Of a stretch of DNA of 64,000 nt, positions 48,895-56,984 are shown piece by piece (within the stretch, counting starts at the first letter, position 1; each line of letters opens with the position of its first letter). The notes below the pieces were generated by a model. That model was not told the origin of the DNA. It ran no database searches and saw only the letters and a program-made list of their open reading frames with translations. The position numbers and the translations under genes are program-made. Origin of the DNA: an uncultured Candidatus Saccharibacteria bacterium (GTDB taxonomy: Bacteria; Patescibacteriota; Minisyncoccia; Phycocordibacterales; CAIRYW01); the NCBI GenBank assembly GCA_964386665.1, contig CAYLQP010000002.1, forward strand, positions 105 to 64,104, written 5' to 3'.

Positions 48895-49389
48895 ATGTAT
48901 ACAGAACTTTTAGGAAAATTAATCTCAAATCTATGGTCTCTTGAGACTGTTATTAGGTATTTTATTTCTATAAGATTAAATGAATCAACACCCGATATTT
49001 ATGAAATAGAAATTGGTGATGAGGTTGAGGATAGTTATTTTACTAATTTTAAAAGTCTAGATCAATTAATTGAAAAGTATAATTCTCTGTGCTCTCATGA
49101 TTTTCAAAAGATTGATAAGGAAAGAGTTTTAGATATAAGGGATTTACTTGCTCATGGAAGAATACACGTAACTGATAAAATAGATGCAAATAACTGGTAT
49201 TTAGTTAAGTTTAGTGATCCTAAAAAAGATAGTGGAAAAAAAATAATGCTAACCCACAAGGTAAAACCCAATAATGATTCAGGTGCGTGGATAAAAGAAA
49301 GTATAAAATTTATTTCTGAACAACTACACAGGGTTGGAAAAAGTGGTAACTTTGAAATTATTCAGAACAAAAAGACTACTCGAGAATAG
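48895..49389 (+). CDS. Hypothetical protein with R-x4-H (HEPN-like) motif (island gene B)
   Basis: 164 aa from MYTELLGKL. It contains VLDIRDLLAHGRIHV. The track ORF start at 48823 lies upstream of and runs through the repeat. Confidence 0.5.
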   Translation: MYTELLGKLISNLWSLETVIRYFISIRLNESTPDIYEIEIGDEVEDSYFTNFKSLDQLIEKYNSLCSHDFQKIDKERVLDIRDLLAHGRIHVTDKIDANNWYLVKFSDPKKDSGKKIMLTHKVKPNNDSGAWIKESIKFISEQLHRVGKSGNFEIIQNKKTTRE

Positions 49390-49488
49390 TTAAACTAATT
49401 CCTAAATTTATTAAATACAACATAGTATATACTAAAAACATCCACATCACTTGCCACCAATCTCCCCTTTCTCTGCTATACTTACATT

Positions 49489-49893
49489 ATGAACTCCTAC
49501 AACTGGTACTCACAATTAATCAGACCTACGTGGTCACCTCCCGGATGGCTTTTTGGTCCTGTATGGTCGGTGCTTTATACCATCATTGCGGTTTCGTTTG
49601 GAACGGTCTTTTACAAAGCATTCACAAAACAGATTCCTTGGTTTGTTGCACTTCCCTTCGCACTAAACTTACTCTTCAACTTCATCTTTACTCCAATCCA
49701 ATTTGGACTCAAAAACAATCTTCTTGCAGCAATCGACATCTTGCTTGTACTTGCAACACTTATTTGGGCGCTTGTCTTACTTTGGAAAACAGTACCGAAT
49801 CTACATTGGGTAGTATATGCAAACATTCCCTACCTTCTCTGGGTGACATTCGCCACCTGCCTCCAACTCACCATCACGTATTTGAATAAATAA
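49489..49893 (+). CDS. tspO: TspO/MBR family tryptophan-rich sensory protein
   Basis: WYSQLIRPTWSPPGWLFGPVWSVLYTII and five TM helices. The stop codon is at 49891-49893, inside the 51-bp repeat. Confidence 0.85.
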   Translation: MNSYNWYSQLIRPTWSPPGWLFGPVWSVLYTIIAVSFGTVFYKAFTKQIPWFVALPFALNLLFNFIFTPIQFGLKNNLLAAIDILLVLATLIWALVLLWKTVPNLHWVVYANIPYLLWVTFATCLQLTITYLNK

Positions 49894-49894
49894 A
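49844..49894 (+). repeat. 51-bp perfect direct repeat, copy 1 (last 16 codons plus stop of tspO)
   Basis: TGACATTCGCCACCTGCCTCCAACTCACCATCACGTATTTGAATAAATAAA, identical to 51050-51100. Confidence 0.92.
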
Positions 49895-50983
49895 CTAGTG
49901 TCCTCTTTTTTTAATAAAGACCGGAGGTTTTTCTATTGGTGTACCTTTATCTGGAAACAATTCCACTATTTCATCCAAAATATATTTCCATGTTTTCATA
50001 TCTCTAAAACCATCACCTGGGGTCAGAAACAAATCTTCTCCATTTATTTTATTTGGCTTTAAAGAAGCATCAATTCCAAATTCTTGCGCTTTTGTTTGAA
50101 TCCGAGAAAAGAGCAACGGATCTATGGAATCTTTCTCAAACCCAATCATTTGCCTACCTGTGTACATATATTTCTCATTGATCCCTGAATATGTCGTTTT
50201 GTAGCCTTTTTTTGCAAGATGGATCACAGCATCTCTTACTTGAAACTCAAGCATCTCTTTAAAAACACCTATCCTCTCTTCATCTGCATCTGGTATAAGT
50301 TCTGACATATCAGTAACGCCATTCTCTTGCAACCTTCTTGCAAGAGAATGATCTGTTTCTTCTTTAAGTTTTGCTACTTCCACTTGATTTACTTTTGCAT
50401 TTCTTTCTTGTTCTTCCGTAAGAATATGAGGCTGACCATCAAGAAATCTGTCTATTGCCCCTCTGATTCCGAAGTGAATATCTTCTGACACCTCTTTACT
50501 AAAAGAGAGTGAATAATGACCATCATCAAGACGAAAAGTAATCCCATACTTATCTAATTGGGCTTGTAAATCTGCTGGCAGAGACTGTTCTTCTTTATTG
50601 AGAAGTGGAGATTTTTTTTGATTAAACTTAAATCTGTCTATAAAATTTTTAAAACGAATAAAAAGACGTGTAAACACCCCTGGTTCTTTTTTACCTTTCG
50701 AAGGCAAAGATCTGTCTGGAGATAACGAAAAACTTGTTCGAGGACCTTTCTCTTCTTGTCTTACTATATCGTTATCGTCGCCCGAATCTAGATTAAGTGA
50801 ATCTCTCACCTGTTTAGCCATACCCCTATCATCAGCCGCAGCTTCCACCACCTCAATTCCAGAACTTTCATTTTTATTTCCATTTCCTTCTAGAACCTTC
50901 GTATGCTCAGGAAAAAAGACTCCTGATTCTGATTTAGGTATTTCTCCTTTATCCGTATTGGAAGAATGCATTTCTGAGGACAT
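49895..50983 (-). CDS. Hypothetical protein (inserted gene C)
   Basis: 362 aa. The N-terminal 110 aa or so are acidic and Ser-rich and look disordered. The C-terminal 250 aa are globular with no recognised motif. Its stop codon abuts repeat copy 1. Confidence 0.55.
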   Translation of the reverse strand: MSSEMHSSNTDKGEIPKSESGVFFPEHTKVLEGNGNKNESSGIEVVEAAADDRGMAKQVRDSLNLDSGDDNDIVRQEEKGPRTSFSLSPDRSLPSKGKKEPGVFTRLFIRFKNFIDRFKFNQKKSPLLNKEEQSLPADLQAQLDKYGITFRLDDGHYSLSFSKEVSEDIHFGIRGAIDRFLDGQPHILTEEQERNAKVNQVEVAKLKEETDHSLARRLQENGVTDMSELIPDADEERIGVFKEMLEFQVRDAVIHLAKKGYKTTYSGINEKYMYTGRQMIGFEKDSIDPLLFSRIQTKAQEFGIDASLKPNKINGEDLFLTPGDGFRDMKTWKYILDEIVELFPDKGTPIEKPPVFIKKRGH

Positions 50984-51049
50984 ATCTTGATTATCGAATA
51001 TTAATTTATATAACTATAATAACATACCGCTACTGTTTTTTATTATAAC

Positions 51050-51100
51050 TGACATTCGCCACCTGCCTCCAACTCACCATCACGTATTTGAATAAATAAA
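51050..51100 (+). repeat. 51-bp perfect direct repeat, copy 2
   Basis: Identical to 49844-49894. It reconstitutes a tspO 3' end with no gene attached. Confidence 0.92.
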
Positions 51101-51138
51101 AAAGGACCATCAATTTCTTGATGGTCTCACAATACAAA

Positions 51139-51885
51139 TCACCGCACCTCTAATCCTGCCTCCCTGTAGACAGTAGAAACATAATCATTCCACGCCGGAC
51201 TGTTTTCGTTACCTCCAGAACGTTTCCAGGCCTGATACCAATCCAGGCTATCAGAGTTTGGAATGATGCCGTACTTTTCAATAGACGGCACTATCGCAAA
51301 GCGACAAGACTGAGCCCACGCGTACTTTTCGGACCTGATCAATTCATCTGTGTTTTGATGCGTTTTACCGCGATCAAAAACCAAATGTTCAAGTTCGTGA
51401 TGGATCGAAGAAAGAAAACTTACTTTGAGCTGCTGTTCAAAATTTTCTTTTGATACAGAGCGCAAGCTTTCTGCTATATCCATCTGTCTCTGCACCACAA
51501 TCTCTATCACCGGGACACCCTGGTCAAACCACGCCCCTGCCGCTACAGTACGACTTTTGTAATGATAGGTCGTGATTAACCGCACTGCAACGGGTTTTGA
51601 ATAGAGCAACTCTATTTGTTCCCGAAGCTCAGTGACACGACCCTGAACTTCAGTGAACGTGGACTTCCCTTCAAACAGCTCGTTGAAGGTTTTTTCCAAG
51701 CAGGTTGTCCAAAAACGTTTCTGCGCATCCTCAGACCGATCAGAAAAGACTGGAACATAATTACTGATCGACGGTTCGTCGGCAGTCTTGTGCTCAGTAT
51801 TTTTCCGATTTGACGACATGAACAGTGGCAGAACGATTAACACACTAACCAACAGAGCAAGGATAATAGGAATTTTTGATTTCAT
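51139..51885 (-). CDS. Membrane-anchored putative zinc metallopeptidase (HExxH)
   Basis: N-terminal TM/signal helix (IPIILALLVSVLIVLPLF). HHELEHLVF is an HExxH motif. G+C content is visibly higher than the flanks. Confidence 0.55.
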   Translation of the reverse strand: MKSKIPIILALLVSVLIVLPLFMSSNRKNTEHKTADEPSISNYVPVFSDRSEDAQKRFWTTCLEKTFNELFEGKSTFTEVQGRVTELREQIELLYSKPVAVRLITTYHYKSRTVAAGAWFDQGVPVIEIVVQRQMDIAESLRSVSKENFEQQLKVSFLSSIHHELEHLVFDRGKTHQNTDELIRSEKYAWAQSCRFAIVPSIEKYGIIPNSDSLDWYQAWKRSGGNENSPAWNDYVSTVYREAGLEVR

Positions 51886-52094
51886 ATTTTAAAAAGAACA
51901 TTTTTACAATACAACATTTTTTTAAAAAAGTAAATACATGGATGAAAATAAAAAACGCACAAAATTATGCGGATTGAGGATTGAGACGTAACACGAATAT
52001 GGCACCAAGTAGCGCTATCATCTTATCTTTCATCACATTTGGCTTTAATGCTCTGATCAGTATTTTTTTAAAATCAATATAGATTTAGTTATAA

Positions 52095-52394
52095 TTGACC
52101 TATACCCCTGAGGGGGTATACAATATATATGTGCATAGAAATAAGCAAAAATTAATTCGTCGTCTCAAAATTGTAGAAGGACAGACACGAGGACTACAAG
52201 ATATGGTCGAGAGAGATGCATACTGTATTGATGTCATTACTCAAACTTCTGCCATTAAACAGGCACTTTCAAATATTGAGGATATGCTTATGGAAAACCA
52301 TCTCGGTCATTGTGTCGTGGAACAAATTAAGAAAGGTCAGACAGAAAAGGCTAAGGGAGAGATATTAAAAGTCTATCGCCTAAAGCGAAAATAA
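52095..52394 (+). CDS. csoR: CsoR/RcnR family metal-sensing transcriptional repressor
   Basis: LIRRLKIVEGQTRGLQDMVERDAYCIDVITQTSAIKQALS...HLGHCV matches the CsoR W-X-Y-Z pattern, including the Cys/His ligands. The start is uncertain: TTG at 52095 or GTG at 52131. Confidence 0.85.
   Translation: MTYTPEGVYNIYVHRNKQKLIRRLKIVEGQTRGLQDMVERDAYCIDVITQTSAIKQALSNIEDMLMENHLGHCVVEQIKKGQTEKAKGEILKVYRLKRK
52101..52120. promoter_or_regulatory. Candidate CsoR operator (GC-tract pseudo-palindrome)
   Basis: TATACCCCtgaGGGGGTATA resembles the ATACCC-N-GGGTAT type CsoR operators. It lies immediately downstream of a TATAAT at 52090-52095. Confidence 0.55.
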
Positions 52395-52489
52395 TAAAAT
52401 CCTTATGATATTAGTAACGCCCATCGAAGATGTTCTTATAGCAACGGAGACTTTGGCGATGATACTTATTACACCCTATCTTTAATAAT

Positions 52490-52879
52490 ATGCATATTTC
52501 ATCTCTTATCAAAAAAACATTTCTCACACTTGCTCTACTGGGTCACCTTAGTGTGGTATTACTTGGTGTTTTTCATATCGCTCATATGGCAAAAATTGAT
52601 ATGCCAATGGAGCACTGCCCGTTTGCACTCGGTAACCATTCTTTGTGTCAAATGAATGTGGCAGATCATATTAAGGCATGGCGAGAACTATCCACTACTC
52701 TTTTGCCCACCATAAAAATACTGTTCTTAGTAAGTGTTATTTTTATACTGTTTTCATTTGCGTATCACATACCTCCTATTACGCACCTCTTGCTTTACCA
52801 GAAACGGGAGCGAATCGAAATTATACCTTTATATCAACTCCTCTTCTCAAAAGGTATTCTTAATCCAAAAATACCATAA
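52490..52879 (+). CDS. Membrane protein with Cys/His/Met cluster (hypothetical, csoR operon)
   Basis: Three TM helices and a MPMEHCPFALGNHSLCQM segment. Confidence 0.5.
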   Translation: MHISSLIKKTFLTLALLGHLSVVLLGVFHIAHMAKIDMPMEHCPFALGNHSLCQMNVADHIKAWRELSTTLLPTIKILFLVSVIFILFSFAYHIPPITHLLLYQKRERIEIIPLYQLLFSKGILNPKIP

Positions 52880-52921
52880 CTCGTATTACGTTCTCATTAT
52901 TAAACTAACATAAACTAATTT

Positions 52922-53314
52922 ATGAAAAATCAAACTATAGTAACCATTATTATTTCACTTATCATAGGTCTTGCTCTTGGATACACTATGTGGGGTAAGA
53001 CTCCCGTAACAGTATCAAATGGGATGATGCACCAGATGCCAGACGGCTCAATGATGAATAGTGGAGGAGGTATGAATATGGACGAGATGATGAAAGGAAT
53101 GATGGCAGGACTTGAAGGTAAAACAGGAGATGCTTTTGATAAAGAATTTCTTACTGAAATGATTGTCCATCACCAAGGAGCAGTTGAAATGGCAAAAGCT
53201 GTCCTTGCAAAGTCGAATCGACCCGAACTTATCAAACTTGCAAACGATATTATTTCTGCTCAGAACAAGGAAATTGGAATGATGCAGGGATGGCAAACAA
53301 CTTGGTTTAAGTAA
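52922..53314 (+). CDS. DUF305 family protein with Met-rich tract
   Basis: FDKEFLTEMIVHHQGAVEMA is the DUF305 signature. MMHQMPDGSMMNSGGGMNMDEMMKGMMAG is a Met-rich tract of the kind that binds Cu(I). N-terminal TM anchor. Confidence 0.75.
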   Translation: MKNQTIVTIIISLIIGLALGYTMWGKTPVTVSNGMMHQMPDGSMMNSGGGMNMDEMMKGMMAGLEGKTGDAFDKEFLTEMIVHHQGAVEMAKAVLAKSNRPELIKLANDIISAQNKEIGMMQGWQTTWFK

Positions 53315-53325
53315 AGCTCACTTTA

Positions 53326-53371
53326 AAGCAACCAAAAACACCTCGAAAGAGGTGTTTTTGGTTGCTTTAAA
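53326..53371 (+). terminator. Strong intrinsic terminator of the csoR operon
   Basis: AAGCAACCAAAAACACCTCgaaaGAGGTGTTTTTGGTTGCTT, a perfect stem of about 20 bp. Confidence 0.85.
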
Positions 53372-53469
53372 TAGAAAGACAACGATTAAAAGTAAGGTTG
53401 CTTTTAATCTATCTATAAAGAAGAGTCAAAATAAAAAAACCGAGCTCATGTGGAAACTCGGATTAACGC

Positions 53470-54033
53470 TTACTCTCCTCGAAGTCTTAGCACATCTGGA
53501 TCACCCCGCCAGTATGAATCCAGTATCACAATTACTGTAAACTCTCTTGGTACAGGAATTTCTTCCTTCTTGACATCTGATATCAAGACGGCGGCGTAAT
53601 CAGCTGCCAAACCAAGACTGTCGCTTAAGCAGTGAGCATCACTCATCCGGACAAATACTTCACCTGCTTCACCGATTGTGACAAGCACCCCGTCGACAAG
53701 CGCAGATCTTGATTCATTAGAAGAATTCGTTGTCTGTAAGGCAGCAACGTATGCCTTACAAATAATCTGTGCCAATTCTTCTATCTCCTGTGTTAGTAGC
53801 TTTTTTACTACATACTGAGTTGCGAGATAAAACACAAAAAAAAGAACGGGTATAAAAATCAATCTATTTGCAAAAAAAGAAAGTAATCGCAACGTCTCTA
53901 CCTTCCAAATATCAAACATGCTTCCAACTGCATAAGAAAGATAGAGAATCACCACTAAACCAATAGATAGTATCGTGGGCAAGACTGCTTTTTTTTGAGC
54001 TACCGCCAATTCTGTAAAGGGTCCATTTTTCAT
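53470..54033 (-). CDS. Membrane protein with cytoplasmic C-terminal domain (hypothetical)
   Basis: Two TM helices and a 110-aa domain with no motif. Confidence 0.45.
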   Translation of the reverse strand: MKNGPFTELAVAQKKAVLPTILSIGLVVILYLSYAVGSMFDIWKVETLRLLSFFANRLIFIPVLFFVFYLATQYVVKKLLTQEIEELAQIICKAYVAALQTTNSSNESRSALVDGVLVTIGEAGEVFVRMSDAHCLSDSLGLAADYAAVLISDVKKEEIPVPREFTVIVILDSYWRGDPDVLRLRGE

Positions 54034-54213
54034 AACTTACACCATCAAAGCATGTATAAACAAATGAGTCAAAAGTTGACGGTATAGATTCTCTCACGTA
54101 TATTCAAGACAGATTGGCCGCCAACCCATCTTGAGTTGTTCCATCACCCGCACACCTTTTTAAGGCAGTGTGGTTTTTTATTTAAAAGTTGTTATACATA
54201 AATCAAAAAGGTT

Positions 54214-54648
54214 TTACTCCTCCTCGAACCCTAAACACACTGAATTAATACAATATCGTTTTTTTGTTTGTGTTGGACCATCATCAAATACGTGTCCAAG
54301 GTGAGACTGACATTTCGCACACAATACTTCAACTCTCCTCATCCTGTGACTGTCATCTTCTTTTTCGATTATTGCACCAGAAACCGCGCTATCAAAACTC
54401 GGCCACCCTGTTCCTGAGTCAAATTTACTTCCTGAATCAAACAACTTCGCATCACACACCTTACAATGAAAACTTCCGTCACGTTTTTCATTTAACAATG
54501 CGCCCGAAAAAGGTCTTTCTGTTCCCTTCTCTCGAAGCACAGTGTATTCTTCTTCTGTGAGTTTCTTTTTGATTTCGTCTTCTTGCATATGTGGTGTATA
54601 TAGTATCTCATAGTGACAAACATTTTCATACAAAATTCTAGATTCCAT
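54214..54648 (-). CDS. msrB: Peptide methionine sulfoxide reductase MsrB
   Basis: CxxC...CxxC zinc site (CKVC...CAKC) and a GTGWPSF catalytic region. The catalytic Cys is present ([19 protein letters not shown]). Confidence 0.9.
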   Translation of the reverse strand: MESRILYENVCHYEILYTPHMQEDEIKKKLTEEEYTVLREKGTERPFSGALLNEKRDGSFHCKVCDAKLFDSGSKFDSGTGWPSFDSAVSGAIIEKEDDSHRMRRVEVLCAKCQSHLGHVFDDGPTQTKKRYCINSVCLGFEEE

Positions 54649-54824
54649 ATTCTGTATTCTATGTCCTAAATCCCTACCCTCTAACCCTTCCCTTTTTAAG
54701 GAGTATGTGATATATTTGGGGAGTCAATTTCCGGCCTTTGGCCGTTTTGTTAGCAACGTAAAGCGAGCGAAAAACAAAAGATTATTTTTGTTTTTCCGAG
54801 CCGAGGAGCTAATCGGTTGAATAC

Positions 54825-54891
54825 TCCGAAGCAAAGCTTCGGACATAGTGCGAGTGAAACGAGTACTATACCTCGAAGCAAAGCTTCGAGG
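54825..54891 (+). promoter_or_regulatory. Two near-identical palindromic hairpins in the typA/msrB intergenic region
   Basis: TCCGAAGCaaaGCTTCGGA at 54825-54843 and CCTCGAAGCaaaGCTTCGAGG at 54871-54891. The centres are 47 nt apart. Confidence 0.5.
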
Positions 54892-54933
54892 TAGTTAATT
54901 TTTATAGAAATTATCAATATTTGACTTAAATTT

Positions 54934-56715
54934 ATGGATATTAGAAACATCGCAATTATCGCCCACGTAGACCACGGAAAAACAACTCTTACTGACGCCC
55001 TTATGAAACAAACAGGGATGGTAACAGATGATACATCAATGGACTCAAACGCTCTCGAAAAAGAACGAGGGATTACTATCTATGCCAAGAACACTTCAAT
55101 CAACTACAAAGGATCAAAGATCAACATTGTAGACACACCGGGCCACGCCGACTTCGGATCTGAAGTAGAACGAGTACTACGGTCAATTGACTGTGTACTT
55201 CTTGTAGTTGATGCGCAAGAAGGACCAATGCCACAAACGCGTTTCGTACTCAAGAAATCTCTTGAACTTGGACTTAAGCCAATTGTAGTGATCAACAAAA
55301 TCGACAAGCCTGCTGCCAACCCTGCTCGATGTCACGATGAAGTGCTTGAGCTCTTTATGGATCTTGGTGCTAACGATGAACAACTTAACTTCCCTACTGT
55401 ATATGCAATTGGACGAGAAGGAGTTGCAATGAAAGGTCTTGATGATCCACGAGAAAACCTCAACCCTCTTATCGACGTTGTTCTTGAACACGTCTCACCT
55501 GCAAATACACACAACGATACTCCTTTGCGTGCACAAGCATTCAACCTTGCGTACGATAACTTCCTTGGACGTATGGCAGTGTGCCGAATCTATGATGGAA
55601 CAATCAAAAACGGTTCAACTATCCTCCTTAAAAAACAAGATGGCTCAAAAAAATCTTACCGTATCACGAAGCTTTATACTTTTTCTGGAGTAAACAAGAA
55701 GGAAGCAGAAGAAGCAACTTCAGGAGATATTGTGATGGTGGCGGGACTTACTGATGTATACATCGGAGATACACTTTGTGTAGATGAAGAGACTTTACCA
55801 CTTCCACTTATCGCTATCGACGAACCAACTATCGCACTTGATTTCCTTGTAAACGATTCACCGTTTGCAGGACGAGTTGGAAAGTTTGTAACCACAAGAC
55901 AAATTCGAGACCGACTCGAAAAAGAACTTGAAGTAAACGTAGGGCTCAAAGTTGATTTCGGAAATGCAGACAAATTCAAAGTATACGGACGAGGAGAACT
56001 TCACGTTGCAATCCTCCTTGAAAATATGAGACGAGAAGGATTTGAAGTCCAAGTATCGAATCCAGAAGTAATTATGCACGAAGAAAACGGAACGAAGCAC
56101 GAACCGTTTGAAGAAGTAACCGTAGATACTCCAGAAGCCTTTTCAGGTGCAGTAATCGAAAAACTCGGAAAACGAAAAGGGATTATGACCAATATGAAAC
56201 AAGACGGCAGCCAAGTACGAATGATATTCGAAATCCCAACTCGAGGACTTCTAGGATACCGAAACCAATTCATTATTGACACAAAGGGAGAAGGAATTAT
56301 CTGTTCTCGGTTTGTAGGATTCAAAGAGTTTGCAGGACCAATCGAGAAACGAGAAGTAGGATCAATGATCTCTATGGAAGCAGGTAAGACACTTGCCTTT
56401 GCACTTGATAACCTTCAACAACGAGGAACACTTTATGTGGGAGCAGGAACAGAAGTATATGTTGGAATGGTTGTTGGAAACACATCGAAGGGAGAAGAAA
56501 TGGAAGTGAACCCAACCAAAGGAAAACAACTTACCAATATGCGAGCAAGTGGATCAGACGGAACAACGTACCTTACTCCACATTACGAGATTGATATCGA
56601 ACGAGGTCTTGAACTTCTTCAAGAAGATGAATACCTTGAAATCACACCAACAGATGTACGAATCAGAAAACAATATCTCACAAAAACTGATAGAGACAAA
56701 AATAGAAAGAAATAA
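54934..56715 (+). CDS. typA: Translational GTPase BipA/TypA
   Basis: [27 protein letters not shown]-like domains and a BipA C-terminus. Confidence 0.93.
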   Translation: MDIRNIAIIAHVDHGKTTLTDALMKQTGMVTDDTSMDSNALEKERGITIYAKNTSINYKGSKINIVDTPGHADFGSEVERVLRSIDCVLLVVDAQEGPMPQTRFVLKKSLELGLKPIVVINKIDKPAANPARCHDEVLELFMDLGANDEQLNFPTVYAIGREGVAMKGLDDPRENLNPLIDVVLEHVSPANTHNDTPLRAQAFNLAYDNFLGRMAVCRIYDGTIKNGSTILLKKQDGSKKSYRITKLYTFSGVNKKEAEEATSGDIVMVAGLTDVYIGDTLCVDEETLPLPLIAIDEPTIALDFLVNDSPFAGRVGKFVTTRQIRDRLEKELEVNVGLKVDFGNADKFKVYGRGELHVAILLENMRREGFEVQVSNPEVIMHEENGTKHEPFEEVTVDTPEAFSGAVIEKLGKRKGIMTNMKQDGSQVRMIFEIPTRGLLGYRNQFIIDTKGEGIICSRFVGFKEFAGPIEKREVGSMISMEAGKTLAFALDNLQQRGTLYVGAGTEVYVGMVVGNTSKGEEMEVNPTKGKQLTNMRASGSDGTTYLTPHYEIDIERGLELLQEDEYLEITPTDVRIRKQYLTKTDRDKNRKK

Positions 56716-56767
56716 TAGAGTGGTGAGGTAGAGAGGAACAAGACTTTAATGAGAATGAAAACAAAAA

Positions 56768-56810
56768 GACGCTTTGCCCTTCGGGCAAAGCGTCTTTTTG
56801 TTTTTATTCT
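56768..56810. terminator. Bidirectional intrinsic terminator after typA
   Basis: AAAGACGCTTTGCCCttcgGGCAAAGCGTCTTT with A/T runs on both sides. Confidence 0.85.
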
Positions 56811-56974
56811 CCCTCTTTTTCTTCTTCTACTTCTTCTTGGAGTCCTGCTGTAGCCGTCTCAAGTCGATTTGCCAAATCTTCCGACGCTGAAGCTAAATCA
56901 GCCACCTCTTCCTCCAAAACACCTATATCCTCTTCTGCTTTTTTTAATTGTTTTTCTCCTGGTTCTTCTGGCAT
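56801..56974 (-). CDS. Possible 57-aa acidic coiled-coil small protein (unannotated)
   Basis: MPEEPGEKQLKKAEEDIGVLEEEVADLASASEDLANRLETATAGLQEEVEEEKEGE. Its ATG is 10 nt downstream of the stop of the 480-aa coiled-coil gene. It is below the ORF-track size cut-off. Confidence 0.3.
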
Positions 56975-56984
56975 ATATTTAAAA

